The position numbers were made by a program, and so were the translations under genes. Source: an uncultured Gemmatimonadota bacterium (GTDB taxonomy: Bacteria; GCA-2686955). From it: 42,403 nt of DNA. Within the stretch, counting starts at the first letter, position 1; the number at the start of each line of letters is the position of its first letter. Positions 21,997-32,900 of the stretch are shown one piece after another. The stretch lies in assembly GCA_964490075.1 (NCBI GenBank), contig CAZBBK010000049.1, positions 1 to 42,403 on the forward strand. The letters are read 5' to 3'. Below the pieces are notes generated by a model. The model saw nothing but the letters and a program-made list of their open reading frames with translations. It had not been told where the DNA came from and searched no databases.

Positions 21997-23766
21997 TCAG
22001 AAGTCTACGCTGAGCCCCATCACGACGACGGTTTGCAGAGGATGAAGCTCATCGTCCGGGCGAATTCTCTCCTCCACTCCCAGATCCCAGGTGCGCGTCT
22101 CGCTGAGTGTCAGACCGAGATCCAGGCTCAGATCGTGGATCGAGTTGGGCTCCCTCCCCTGCGCCGCCGACTCGCGCCAGACCCAGCCGATGCCGAATCG
22201 GGCCCAATCACCGATCCTGCCGTCGGCACCGACGTCGATGCTGGAGACCAGCTCCTCCCTGGTCGGCTGGATCTGCGCTTCACCGCTGGAGGATCGAACC
22301 AGTCCGCCAATGGTCCGGAAGTGGAGCCGCGCCTCGACGTGGGCGGCGACCGGCGAGGCACTCCAGACCAGCGCCGACGAGATGCGTCGATCGAGCAGGA
22401 AATTCGATGCGTCGCTGTCGTAGATGTAGTCGGTGAGGGTGGAGAGCAGGGTGGTGCCCAGTACCAGACTCAGTGAATCGACCGGTTCGTAGGAGAGCGA
22501 AGATCGCAAGGTGTAGGCACTGCGATCGAGGCTGAAGGCGGCCCAGTCGGCACGCAGATGCCGCTCCTGCAGGCGATCGAGCGTGAAACTCGCGTCGATC
22601 CCGACGCGCTCCGCGGGATGCAGCTCCAGACCGAGCTCGAAGAGATCGCCGAGGTCGTCCCCGTCGTCCCCGTCGGCCCCGTCGGCGTCGTCATGGTGGT
22701 CGGTGCGATGCAGCGTGCGCGCGCCCTCGACCTCGACCCCCAGCCAGTCCCATTTCCGCCAGTGCGCCGAGAGCCGAACCCCACGCTTCTCCACCCGACG
22801 GTCGAGCTTCCCGCCGCCCAGCAATCCGGCGAGCTCCCGGTAGAACCCACGTTCGACCGCGAAGGTCACACCGGACGAGTCGCTGGCGTGGTAGTTGAGC
22901 TCGGCGACCAGAGCATCGTCGTCCTCCTCCCGGTTCTTATGAGGTTGCTCCAGGTAGCTCCTTCCATGACGATGGATGTCGAGCTGGACAGTCGTCGTCA
23001 GGCGGTCGGAGAAGGCGTCCTGGCTGATCGAGCTCGAGATCCTCCGCCGCTTCGTGACCCGCTTCTCGAAACCATCGAGCACCTCGCTGACCGGGAAGTC
23101 GCGGATCTGATCCGCGCTCAGATCGACATCGACGACCAGCTCTCGGCCCGGATAGCGCAGGGCGCCGGATGCGCCGATCGCGCTGCCGGGGAATGCGGCC
23201 TGCAGTTGGTTGGTGACCCCGAGGCTGCCATTGAGTTGAGCATTCCTGACCGCGCCCGCCCCCGAGAGATCAAGTCGGTTCTCGAGCCCGCGGTTGACCT
23301 GTGTCGTGACCCCTTCGGAATCCAGGTCCTCGGTCCGAAACCAGAAGGCACCGATCGTGTGATCGATCGAAAAGGCGCCAGGCGTATCGATGCGCGTGGA
23401 GAGCTCGAATTCCTGCGCGTCTTGCTCGACGGAAGAGTTGCGCGAGAACTGGGCGCGCGAAGCGTCCAGCGATCCGTCGATCCGCAGCCAGGACCGGATC
23501 GAGCGTTCGACCTCCAGCGCCAGGCTGAACTGGTCGGAGGAGTAGCGGTTGGAAGAATCCCGAGATCCGGACTGGCGCGCGCGGGATTGCAGCTCGAGCC
23601 CGGATCCGGCCTGAAAGAGGGTGCCGATGTCGTGCGCGAATTCGGTGCGCTGCTCGAAGATCGACCCCGAAGCGTGGTAGTCGGAGGAGGATGCGGCGGC
23701 GCCCGTTGCCCCGACCAGCGCGAGCACCGGCCAGCACCGCCGGAGCGTGTGATCAGCGAAACCCAT
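21997..23766 (-). CDS. Putative large outer-membrane beta-barrel protein
   Basis: Signal peptide WPVLALVGATGAAA, many amphipathic strands, C-terminal Phe (GLSVDF); start overlaps the rsmA end. Confidence 0.6.
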   Translation of the reverse strand: MGFADHTLRRCWPVLALVGATGAAASSSDYHASGSIFEQRTEFAHDIGTLFQAGSGLELQSRARQSGSRDSSNRYSSDQFSLALEVERSIRSWLRIDGSLDASRAQFSRNSSVEQDAQEFELSTRIDTPGAFSIDHTIGAFWFRTEDLDSEGVTTQVNRGLENRLDLSGAGAVRNAQLNGSLGVTNQLQAAFPGSAIGASGALRYPGRELVVDVDLSADQIRDFPVSEVLDGFEKRVTKRRRISSSISQDAFSDRLTTTVQLDIHRHGRSYLEQPHKNREEDDDALVAELNYHASDSSGVTFAVERGFYRELAGLLGGGKLDRRVEKRGVRLSAHWRKWDWLGVEVEGARTLHRTDHHDDADGADGDDGDDLGDLFELGLELHPAERVGIDASFTLDRLQERHLRADWAAFSLDRSAYTLRSSLSYEPVDSLSLVLGTTLLSTLTDYIYDSDASNFLLDRRISSALVWSASPVAAHVEARLHFRTIGGLVRSSSGEAQIQPTREELVSSIDVGADGRIGDWARFGIGWVWRESAAQGREPNSIHDLSLDLGLTLSETRTWDLGVEERIRPDDELHPLQTVVVMGLSVDF

Positions 23767-24577
23767 CGGCCAGCCGGGCGAAATCCTCGAGGTCGAGCGT
23801 CTCGGCGCGCGCTCCGGGGTCGACGCCGGCGCTCTCCAACGCCGGGTCGACCGCGCCACGCCCTCCCGGCAGCGTAGCGGCCCCCGCCAGAAGACAGTTC
23901 CGCAGCGTCTTGCGGCGCTGTGCGAAGGCCGCGCGCGCCACGGTCATGAGAAGCCGGGCATCGGCGACCTCGACCGGAGGGGCGGGATGTGGAATCAGCT
24001 TGATCACCGTGGAAGCCACCTTGGGTCGCGGGCGGAAAGCCCCCGCGTGCACCTGGAAGCAGCGCTCGATGCGGAAGTGGAGACGGCAGGCGAGGGTCAG
24101 GAGTCCGTAGGCCTTCACCCCGGGGTCGGCCAGCACCCGGTCGATCACTTCCGATTGGAACATCGCCACGGCGCGATCGATGCGCGGCGCGGCGCTCATG
24201 AGCCATCGCAGCAACGCGCCCGAGATCGAGTAGGGCGCGTTGGTGAGCACCACGTTATGGCGCGAATCGGTCCCGAACAACTGCTCCGGGGCGGTCTTCA
24301 GGATGTCCCCCCGCACCAGTCGGAAGCGGTCCTCGGCTCCGAGCTCGTCGTTCAGGGTCTCCGCCAGGCGCCGGTCGATCTCGACGGCGATCACCCGCGG
24401 CCGCGACGGATCCTGGAGCGCCGGTCGAACGAGCGCGCCCTTCCCGGCCCCGATGTCGACCACCGAATCACCCGGTCCGATCTCCGCGATTCGAACGATG
24501 CGCTCGGCGATCGCGCGGTCGATGAGGAAATTCTGTCCCAGCTTGCGGCTGGGTCGAAAGGGCCGCGGCTCGTCCAT
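23753..24577 (-). CDS. rsmA: 16S rRNA dimethyladenosine transferase
   Basis: LGQNFL, DIGAGKG, AVEID, NAPYSIS, FRPRPKV, FAQRRKTLRN, RAETL. Confidence 0.95.
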   Translation of the reverse strand: MDEPRPFRPSRKLGQNFLIDRAIAERIVRIAEIGPGDSVVDIGAGKGALVRPALQDPSRPRVIAVEIDRRLAETLNDELGAEDRFRLVRGDILKTAPEQLFGTDSRHNVVLTNAPYSISGALLRWLMSAAPRIDRAVAMFQSEVIDRVLADPGVKAYGLLTLACRLHFRIERCFQVHAGAFRPRPKVASTVIKLIPHPAPPVEVADARLLMTVARAAFAQRRKTLRNCLLAGAATLPGGRGAVDPALESAGVDPGARAETLDLEDFARLADGFR

Positions 24578-25761
24578 CAGCGCGGCGGGCGATCCATGCC
24601 TGCCAGGTCGGCGAAGGTCACCGCCATGAGAAGCGCCGGGTTGACGTTCTTGGTGCCCGCGCCCTGCAAGAGCCTGCGTCGCTCCAGGGCCACCTGGAGC
24701 ATGCCGAGCACCGACTCGCGATCCAGACGACCGGCCGCCGCCTCGACTTCGTTGCGCCGATCCTGGTGCACGATCTCGAACCCGCTCTGCATCGCGATCA
24801 CGTCACGGCAGGCCGCCTGGAGCTCGTCCAGGAATGCCGCGCACTCGACTCCTTCGAGCCGCTTCGATCCCTCCGCGGCCGACTCCAGCTTGGCCAGCCA
24901 GCGCGGCGCATCGCGACCGATCCCTCGGCCGAGCATCTCGAAGGCGAGGCGGTGGTAGACCGATGGACCGAGGCGCAGGCGCTCCACCAGTGCGCCCGGG
25001 CGCCCCCCGGACTGGGCGATGGCGGCCTCGATGTCCTGCTCATCGAGAGCCTGCGCCAACGACTGCGCAGCGCGGCAATCGCCCGGCTCGGCGACCCGAT
25101 CTCGCAGGAGCCGCGTGAAACGCTCCATCTGGTCCCGGCTCAACTCCCGAAAGGGACGGCGTTGGGCGCGCGAGAGCAGCGTCGGAAGCAGGGCCGCGGG
25201 AGCGGTCGTGGTCATGATGATCACGCAGCCAGCCGGGGGTTCTTCGAGGGTCTTCAGGAACGCGTTGGCCGCCGTGTGGTTCATCGTCTCGGCATTGCGC
25301 AGCACCAGAACGCGGGGCCCTCCGGTCACCGAACGCAGCGCCAGGCGGCGCTGGATCTCACGCACCCAGGCGATCGAGATGGCGGCATTCCCCTCCTCCT
25401 GGTGGTGGCCGAAGGGATCTTGGCGCCGCTTCTCCAAGCGCTCGGCGAGCAGATTCTCCTCTGTTTCGAAGCGCTTGCTCGGCTCCGCGCCGACCGCGCC
25501 CGCGATCGGCATCACGTAGAGCAGGTCGGGGTGAACGAGCCTCTGCACCCGGGAGCATTCGGGACAAGAGCCGCAGCCATCGTCCGGCTCCCGATCGGGC
25601 GCCGAGCACAGCAGTGCCGCGGCGAGCGCGTTGGCCGCGGTCCACTTGCCCACCCCCTCGGGACCGCTGAAGAGAAGGGTGTGGTGCAGGCGCCCGGAGT
25701 CGAGCGCCTTGCGCAACATGCCGGTCGCTCTCTCCTGTCCGATCAGCTCGGCGAGTCTCAT
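24577..25761 (-). CDS. holB: DNA polymerase III subunit delta'
   Basis: IGQE, LLFSGPEGVGK, CGSCPEC, HPD, AANAFLKTLEEPP, LLPTLLSR. Confidence 0.9.
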   Translation of the reverse strand: MRLAELIGQERATGMLRKALDSGRLHHTLLFSGPEGVGKWTAANALAAALLCSAPDREPDDGCGSCPECSRVQRLVHPDLLYVMPIAGAVGAEPSKRFETEENLLAERLEKRRQDPFGHHQEEGNAAISIAWVREIQRRLALRSVTGGPRVLVLRNAETMNHTAANAFLKTLEEPPAGCVIIMTTTAPAALLPTLLSRAQRRPFRELSRDQMERFTRLLRDRVAEPGDCRAAQSLAQALDEQDIEAAIAQSGGRPGALVERLRLGPSVYHRLAFEMLGRGIGRDAPRWLAKLESAAEGSKRLEGVECAAFLDELQAACRDVIAMQSGFEIVHQDRRNEVEAAAGRLDRESVLGMLQVALERRRLLQGAGTKNVNPALLMAVTFADLAGMDRPPR

Positions 25762-26729
25762 GGTCTCCTCTCGCGCGCCTCGATCCTGCGATCGTAAAGC
25801 AGCCGGGCCCAACGCGTCGCCAGCAGCATGCTCGCCGGCGATGCGATCCCGGTCCCCACGATGTCGAATCCGGTGCCGTGGTCGGGCGAGGTCCGCACCA
25901 CCGGAAGGCCGACCGTCACGTTGACCATCTCCCGTCCACGCACCACCCTGAGCGGCACCAGAGCCTGGTCGTGAAAGAGCGCCACCACTCCCCGCGGCTC
26001 CCTCCCGGACTCGCGTTCGACCAGTAGCTCCTCGCAGCGATGCGGTCCGCTGGCCTCGATGCCCTCGCGCCGAGCCTCCGCCACCGCGGGAGCGATCGCG
26101 TCGATCTCCTCGCGCCCCAGCAGCCCCCCCTCCCCGAGGTGGGGATTGAGCGCCGCCACGTCGATCGGTGTCAGGGGCTCGTTGAGCTCCCTCTCCAGGG
26201 CCGCGCTCAGCATGCGCACACAACGCAGCACCGACTCCTTGGTGATCTCGCGCGCGACCTCCGCCAGGGGGATGTGGGTGGTGAGCAGAGCAACCCTCAG
26301 GACCCCGGCCACGAACACCATGCCCGGTCGCTCCACGCCGCAGAGCTCACCCAGCAGACCGGTATGCCCCCGGTGGTCGACTCCGGCCAGCGCCAGCGAC
26401 TCCTTCGAGACGGGTGCCGTCACCAGGGCCTGCACCTGGTCGCGCTTGGCCTCCGCCACCGCGGCCCGGAGCGCCTCGAGGGCGCACTGGCCGGCGGCCT
26501 TGGAAGGGCATCCACTGGGCACCCGCGGCGGCCCCGGGCAAGGCCGCAGCAAGGGGCGGATCTCGGCCAGAGGAATCGCGGCGCGCTCCGCGCCGACGGC
26601 CAGCGTGTCTTCGGTGCCGAAGAGTACGGGGCGCACACCGCGGGGCGGATCCGCCGCCACCCGTGCCGCCAGCTCCGGTCCGATTCCACCCGGATCCCCC
26701 AGCGTGATCGCCACCGAGATCGCCTTCAT
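25758..26729 (-). CDS. pdxA: 4-hydroxythreonine-4-phosphate dehydrogenase
   Basis: GDPGGIGPE, TAPVSK, GHT, TTHIPL, LNPH.GE, HDQ, RTSPDHGT. Confidence 0.9.
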   Translation of the reverse strand: MKAISVAITLGDPGGIGPELAARVAADPPRGVRPVLFGTEDTLAVGAERAAIPLAEIRPLLRPCPGPPRVPSGCPSKAAGQCALEALRAAVAEAKRDQVQALVTAPVSKESLALAGVDHRGHTGLLGELCGVERPGMVFVAGVLRVALLTTHIPLAEVAREITKESVLRCVRMLSAALERELNEPLTPIDVAALNPHLGEGGLLGREEIDAIAPAVAEARREGIEASGPHRCEELLVERESGREPRGVVALFHDQALVPLRVVRGREMVNVTVGLPVVRTSPDHGTGFDIVGTGIASPASMLLATRWARLLYDRRIEARERRP

Positions 26730-26992
26730 TGGCCCTCGCGGGAGGGAGCGGAGATCGGCTCCACATAGCGGGCCTGGTCGCTCTTGGGCGCCGGAGACGA
26801 AGGCAGAGCCAGCACTTTCCAGTGCTGCTCGCCACCGCCTGAGGCCAGGCTCAGGACCATCCCGGGCTCGACGCTGGAGGCCGGTTTCGCGAGCCTGCCG
26901 CTGAGCCTCACGCGCCCCGCTTCGCAAGCTTGTCTGGCCCGTGTCCGGCGTCGAATCAGGGCACTGCGATGGAGGAAAATGTCGGCTCTCAT
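26726..26992 (-). CDS. S4-domain RNA-binding protein (Hsp15/RqcP-like)
   Basis: MRADIFL...RRRTRARQACEAGRV...AKPASSV, 88 aa. Confidence 0.85.
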   Translation of the reverse strand: MRADIFLHRSALIRRRTRARQACEAGRVRLSGRLAKPASSVEPGMVLSLASGGGEQHWKVLALPSSPAPKSDQARYVEPISAPSREGQ

Positions 26993-28314
26993 CGCGCCGG
27001 ATCCGCGCCCCGGTGCTCCTTGACGTAGACCCGCTCGCGACGCTCGGCGATCCACTCCGCGAAACGCTCGTCCAACTTCTCCAGGCGCAGGCGCTCCTCG
27101 ATGCCGGCGTAGAGCTCGCCCAGGGGCCGCACCCTTCCGCCACGGATCGCCTCGATCCGCACCAGACTGAGGGTCGTCGAAGTGCTCATGATCGGGGTCA
27201 GTTGATGCGCGCGCATGCCGGACAGGGTCGCGCGCAGCTCGGATGGGATCTCCTCTTCCCCGAGCTGCCGGCTCTCCCAGTCCTGAACCGCGCCGGGAAA
27301 GCGCAGCACCAGCGCCCTCCAGTCGATCTCACCCGCGACCAGCTGCTCACGGGCGGCGCTCAGATCCCGGCGGATCTCGTCGGCGCGCTGCTGATCCACG
27401 GTGGTGGTTCGCAGGATGTGGAACACACGGGACTCCTCCTCCCGCCGCCCGTCCACGAAGAAAAGGTGCAGCCCGAATCGGGACTGAGCAATGTCGCTCA
27501 TCTGGCCGACCTCGAGAGCGCTCACGGTCGCGTCGATCTCGTCCACCAGCTGGCCCTGCGCGATCCAACCGAGATCACCGCCGCGTGCCGCGGTGGCGGG
27601 ATCCTGGCTGTGCACGATCGCCGCCTCCTTGAACGCTTCGGGTGTCTTGATCTCGGCCCGCAAGCGGCCCAGCAGCTGCCGCGCCTCGAACGCCTGGGGC
27701 TCCGTGAGCGGCAGCGGATGCGAGAGCCGGCTCAGGGTGAAGCGCCGCTCGCTCTTCTGCAGCTCATCGAGGTGTGCCTCGTAGTAGGCCTGCACCTCGC
27801 GCCGGCTCACCTCGACCCGATCGTAGATCTCCGCCGCGATCACCCGGTCGCGCACCATCTTGTCGCGGATCTCCTCTTCGTAGTTCTCGCGCAGCGACTG
27901 CAGAGTCAGCCCTTCGCCGGCGAGCGCCCGATCGAACTCGGCGTCGCTATCGAAACCGCTCCTCACGTCGGCCAGGGCGCGTTCCACGGCGTCGTCGAGC
28001 TCCGCCTCTCCCACCTCGATCTGGTTGGCGCTGGCATAGATCTGCAAGATCTTCTCGTTGATCAGCTCATCCAGGGCTTGGCGCCGATCGTGCTCGGTCG
28101 GAGGAGCCTGGGCGCCGGCGCGACGCAGGCGGATCAGATAGGCCCGTTCCTCTACCTCGCTCAAGAAGACCAGCTCGCTCCCAACCTGCGCGGCGATCCC
28201 CTCGAGCAGCTCGCTCCTGGCATCGCGCCTCTCCCCCCCCGCCACCAGCAGCAGCGCCAGCGCGACATGGCGCAGCAGGCGGGAGGACGCGCCGATCGTC
28301 CGTCGCCGCCTCAT
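26989..28314 (-). CDS. SurA-like periplasmic chaperone / parvulin PPIase
   Basis: Signal peptide, SurA_N-like IAAQVGSELVFLSEV, parvulin HSQDPATAARGGDLGW...SRFGLH; upstream of pdxA. Confidence 0.8.
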   Translation of the reverse strand: MRRRRTIGASSRLLRHVALALLLVAGGERRDARSELLEGIAAQVGSELVFLSEVEERAYLIRLRRAGAQAPPTEHDRRQALDELINEKILQIYASANQIEVGEAELDDAVERALADVRSGFDSDAEFDRALAGEGLTLQSLRENYEEEIRDKMVRDRVIAAEIYDRVEVSRREVQAYYEAHLDELQKSERRFTLSRLSHPLPLTEPQAFEARQLLGRLRAEIKTPEAFKEAAIVHSQDPATAARGGDLGWIAQGQLVDEIDATVSALEVGQMSDIAQSRFGLHLFFVDGRREEESRVFHILRTTTVDQQRADEIRRDLSAAREQLVAGEIDWRALVLRFPGAVQDWESRQLGEEEIPSELRATLSGMRAHQLTPIMSTSTTLSLVRIEAIRGGRVRPLGELYAGIEERLRLEKLDERFAEWIAERRERVYVKEHRGADPAR

Positions 28315-29954
28315 CGCCCCATCCCCTCGACCGGAAACCACTCGTCCAGCAGCCCCTGGACCTCCTGCTCGCGCTCAGCGCGCCGCTCCTTCTTGAGGCG
28401 GTGCGCGATCGAGCGTCGCGCCTCGTCGAAGGTCAGCTGCCGAGCGGGGACCCGCTTGCGCAGCTCGACGATCACCCATTCCTTCTCGGTCGCGATCGGC
28501 GGCGTTCTCTCGCCGATCTCCAGGGTGTCGGCCTGCGCCCAGCGCTCCGGTCGATAGGTTTGCTCGAAGGGGCCGAGATGCCCGCCGCTGCGCGCGGTGA
28601 GCCCCTGCGAGTAGCGCGAGGCGACCGCCTTGAAGGGAGCACCGCCCTTCAGCAGCGAATCGGCCTCCTGGATTCTCAGCTCGGAGCGGGTGCTGATCTC
28701 CCCCACCACCATCCGATCGGCTATCACGAAGTTGTCGCGGCGGGCCTCGTAGTCGGCCTTGATCGCGGCTTCGGGCGGCGAAAAGCTCTTCGCGTTGGCG
28801 AACAAGAGCTCTTTGGCCCGGTCGGCGAGCCAGATCTCGACCCCCATCCGGGTGATCTCGATGACCCGCGGGTCGTCGCCGAGACCCTTCTCGATCCCTT
28901 CGCGATAGAGCTTGTTCTCCAGCGCCATGCCCCGAAAGAAGTGCTTCACCGTCTCCGCGTTCTTGAAGGTCGCGCGCCGTCCGGGGTTGTAGGTGGCGTA
29001 TTCCGCCAGGGCGGATCCAAGAGTGAGACGCTGACCATCCATCTCCAGCAGAGTCAGAGAGCTGTCGGCCTGGAACCTCTCCAGCAGGTAGGTGGGCGAT
29101 CCATCTCCAGAGCGCGCCGCGCTTGCGATCTGCTCGCAGATCGACTCGTTCCACACCAGCGCCGATCGCTCCAGCACGGCGGTGAAGAAATCTGCTTCGC
29201 GTTGGCGGATCTCCTCCTCCTTCATCTGGGTGAGCAGCGCGGCGTAGATCGAGTCGGCCGCGGCCGGCTCTTCGAAGCGCTCCTCGGTGGCCTGCAGCAC
29301 ATGATGACCATGCTCGGTCTCCACGATCCGGCAGTCGCCCACCTCCATCGAAAAGAGCGCTTCGTTCACCGCCTCGACCATTCGTCCGCGTTTCGACCAG
29401 CCCAGGTCGCCGCGGGTGTATCGAACCCGCGCCGCTTCCGAGCGCTTCAGAGCCAGCTTCTCGAAGTCGGCCCCCTCTTGCAGCTCGTTTCTGATCTGGC
29501 GCGCGGCGTCGAGATCGGCCACGACGATCTGCCGGGCCCGGCGCTCCTCGTTCTTGTCGCGGTACTTGCGCCGGGCATCGTCGATTCCGAGATCGAGGGT
29601 GGTGTCGATCACGGTGGGTCCCATGAGGCGCAGTACCGCGTACTTTCGCTCGCTGCGGTTTCGGGCCTCGAGCAGAGGATCGAGGTGCAGCCCCTGGCGC
29701 TCCGCCGTCGCCGCCAGCTGCAATCGTTGCGCCAGCTTGGGCATGAGCTCCTGGCGCGTCGGCCTGGCGCGCCCGACCGGCAGGCGGGCGATTTGATCCA
29801 CCAGGTAGCGATCGGCTTCGGCGACCGTCACGGTGCGCTCGCCCACACGGAACTCCACCGGCTCCGTCGGTCCGCAGGCGCCCAGCATCGGCGCCAGGCA
29901 CATGATCCAGCTGATCACGGCTCGGTCACGAATTAGATGGCGGATTATGGTCAT
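28311..29954 (-). CDS. PrsA/PpiC-type lipoprotein PPIase with two parvulin domains
   Basis: Lipobox LGAC; GADFEKLA..SE..GDLGW and FKAVASRYS..SGGHLG. Confidence 0.8.
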   Translation of the reverse strand: MTIIRHLIRDRAVISWIMCLAPMLGACGPTEPVEFRVGERTVTVAEADRYLVDQIARLPVGRARPTRQELMPKLAQRLQLAATAERQGLHLDPLLEARNRSERKYAVLRLMGPTVIDTTLDLGIDDARRKYRDKNEERRARQIVVADLDAARQIRNELQEGADFEKLALKRSEAARVRYTRGDLGWSKRGRMVEAVNEALFSMEVGDCRIVETEHGHHVLQATEERFEEPAAADSIYAALLTQMKEEEIRQREADFFTAVLERSALVWNESICEQIASAARSGDGSPTYLLERFQADSSLTLLEMDGQRLTLGSALAEYATYNPGRRATFKNAETVKHFFRGMALENKLYREGIEKGLGDDPRVIEITRMGVEIWLADRAKELLFANAKSFSPPEAAIKADYEARRDNFVIADRMVVGEISTRSELRIQEADSLLKGGAPFKAVASRYSQGLTARSGGHLGPFEQTYRPERWAQADTLEIGERTPPIATEKEWVIVELRKRVPARQLTFDEARRSIAHRLKKERRAEREQEVQGLLDEWFPVEGMGR

Positions 29955-32900
29955 GAAAAAGCTCCCCGCATCTCCCGCACCTGCGCGAGCACGGTGTCGA
30001 GATCCGGTTGCAGTCGAACCACCGCCGACAGGTGGTCGGAGGGCTCGAAGACTACCCGGCCTTCCAGCATCACAGCGAGTCGTTCGAGCGTGCGGCGGTC
30101 GGGACCATGATCGGCGGACCAGGCGAAGCGCGCGGTCTCGGCGCCGAGCACCAGCTCCTCCACGCCGATCTCCCGCAGTCGAAGCTCGAGCTCTTTCAGG
30201 CGCACCAGGTTGGCCAAGGGCTCGGGCGGCGGCCCGAATCGATCTCGACACTCGCCAAGAAGATCGGTGGGCTGCGAGGGATCGGTGAAACGGGCGATCC
30301 TCTTGTAGAGAGTGAAGCGTTCCGCCGGGTCCGAAATGTAGTCCTCGGATAGATACGCGTCGACCTCGGCGTGAATCCGCACTTCGAGCTCCGGGGCGCC
30401 GTCGCCGTCGGTCAGCTCACCGACCACCTCGCTCAAGAGCCGGCAGTAGGTCTCGAACCCGACCGTCTGGATGAAGCCGTGCTGTTCCGGCCCCAGCAGA
30501 TTGCCGGTCCCGCGGATCTCCATGTCGCGCATCGCGATCATGTAGCCCGCGCCGAGCTCTGTGTGGTCCCGCACCGCCCGCAGCCGCCGCCGCGCGCGGG
30601 GCTGCAGATGAGCGTGGCGTGGCACCAGGAAGTAGGCGTAGGCGCGCCGTCCGCCTCTGCCGACCCGGCCGCGAAGCTGGTGGAGCTGCGCCAGGCCGAG
30701 GCGATCGGCGCGATGCACGAAGAGCGTGTTGGCATTGGGTAGGTCGAGCCCCGACTCCACGATCATGGTGCTGATCAAGAGATCGATCTCTCCCCGGTAG
30801 AAAGCGCTCATGGTCTTCTCCAGGGGGCGCTCCGGCATCTGGCCGTGGACCACGCCGATGCGGGCGCGCGGCACGATTCCGCGGAGCAGACCCTCGATCG
30901 CCGGGAGAGTACGCACCCGGTTGTGGACGAAGAAGATCTGGCCGTCGCGCGCCAGCTCCAGCTCGATCGCCTCGCGAATCAGAGTTTCGGAGAAGCCGAC
31001 CACTCGAGTCTCGACCGGAAATCGGTTCTTCGGAGGGGTCGCGATCACCGACAGGTCTCGGATCCCGGAAAGCGCCATGTGCAGCGTGCGGGGAATCGGT
31101 GTCGCGGTCATCGACAGGCAATCCGCGCGCAGCTTGAGCGCCTTGATCTTTTCCTTCTGTCGCACACCGAATCGATGCTCTTCGTCGATGACCAGCAGCC
31201 CGAGATTGGCGAAGTGCACGTCCTTGGACAGGATCCGGTGGGTTCCGATCACGATGTCGACGCGCCCGGAGCGGATCTCCTCGATGATTCGAGCCTGGGC
31301 GGTGGAGGAACGGAATCGCGACAGTGTTCTCAGCTCGACCGGATAAGGAGCGAAACGCGCGCGAAAAGTCTCGTGATGCTGTTCGGCGAGCAACGTGGTC
31401 GGCACCAGCACGGCGACCTGTCCGCCACCCAGCACCACTTTGAAGGCCGCGCGCAGCGCGATCTCGGTCTTGCCGAAGCCGACGTCGCCGCAGATCAGTC
31501 GGTCCATCAGCCGGGGCGATATCTGATCGTCGCGAACCTCACCCGCCGCGCGAGATTGATCCGGGGTCTCGTCCCAGGGAAAGGACTCGGCCAGCTCGCG
31601 CTCCCAGAGCCCATCGGCATCGTAGCGGTGTCCGGTGGTCTCGGAGCGCTTGGCGTAGAGCTCCAGCAGATCGGATGCCATGGTCTCGATCGCGCGTCGA
31701 GTCCGCTCGAGCCTGCGCTTCCAGGCCTTCCCCCCGAGCTTGTCGAGACCCTTGGGCGTCTCGCTCTCGTCGGAGTCGCGCAGCCTCTGCACCCTGTCGA
31801 GCTGATCCACCGGAACGAAGAGTCGGTCGCCTCCCGCGTAGCCGAGGCGCAGACAGTCGGTTCGGCGGCCGTCGACGACCAGGCGCTCCATCGCCTCGAA
31901 GAGCCCGGTGCCATGCTCGATGTGCACCACGTGATCACCACGTTCCAGCGAAAACGCATCGGTGACATGGGCCCCTTCCTCGAAGCGGGGCGCCGAATGG
32001 ACCGTGGGGCGCCGCCCGAACACTTCGTGATCAGCGAGAATCGCCAGCCGAAGCTGCGGCAGCACGAACCCCTCAGAGATGACGCCGACCCTGACCTCCA
32101 CCGGAGGATCCACCTCTTCGAGTATCTCCAGGCAGCGCCGTCGATGGGTTTCGTTCTCGCAGAAGACCACCACTCGAAATCCGCGTCCGCGCAGCTCGCA
32201 GACACTTTCGCGCAGCCCTTCCGAACGACCGGCGCCAATCGGTGGCGCGTGTGTCGCGACCTGAATGCACTTGCCCTCTCGCTGCTCATCGGTCGCCAAC
32301 TCGCAGAGATCGATGCGCCGCCAGTGGGAGGGAGCCGGCAGCAGGCGATCCAGCTCCGGCGGCTCGCGATCATCCTCCTGGTCTTCTTCCAGCAGGATCG
32401 CTCCTCGCTCCGGCAGGTAATGAGCCAGCTTCGGCTCCATTCCCAGAATCGCCGCGATCGTGACTTCGTACCCTTCGAAGTAAGGGTCCAGCGCCAGGCG
32501 CTCGGCCACCCGCGGCCGCCCGGAGGATCGTAGCTGGGCGCTCACCAGCTCGCGCTCCTGCTCCGAAAGCAGGATTTCTCTGCGCGGCAAAATCGTCGCC
32601 ACGTCCACCTTGGCGACCGACCGTTGACTCTGCACATCGAATTCGCGGATCGACTCGACCTCATCCCCCCAGAACTCGATCCGCAAGGGGCGGCTCCTGC
32701 CGAAGCTGAACAGGTCGACGATCCCGCCCCTGCGCGCCACATCCCCCACCTCCTGCACCGTATCGACCTGCTCGTAGCCGCGCTCCATCAGCTCCGCCAC
32801 CAGCTCGAGCGGATCCCGCTCGGCCCCCACCCTCACCACCTCCACGGCCCGCTCCAGGCGGTCGGGATCGACCGATGGCGCGCTGAGGGCCTGGCGCGTC

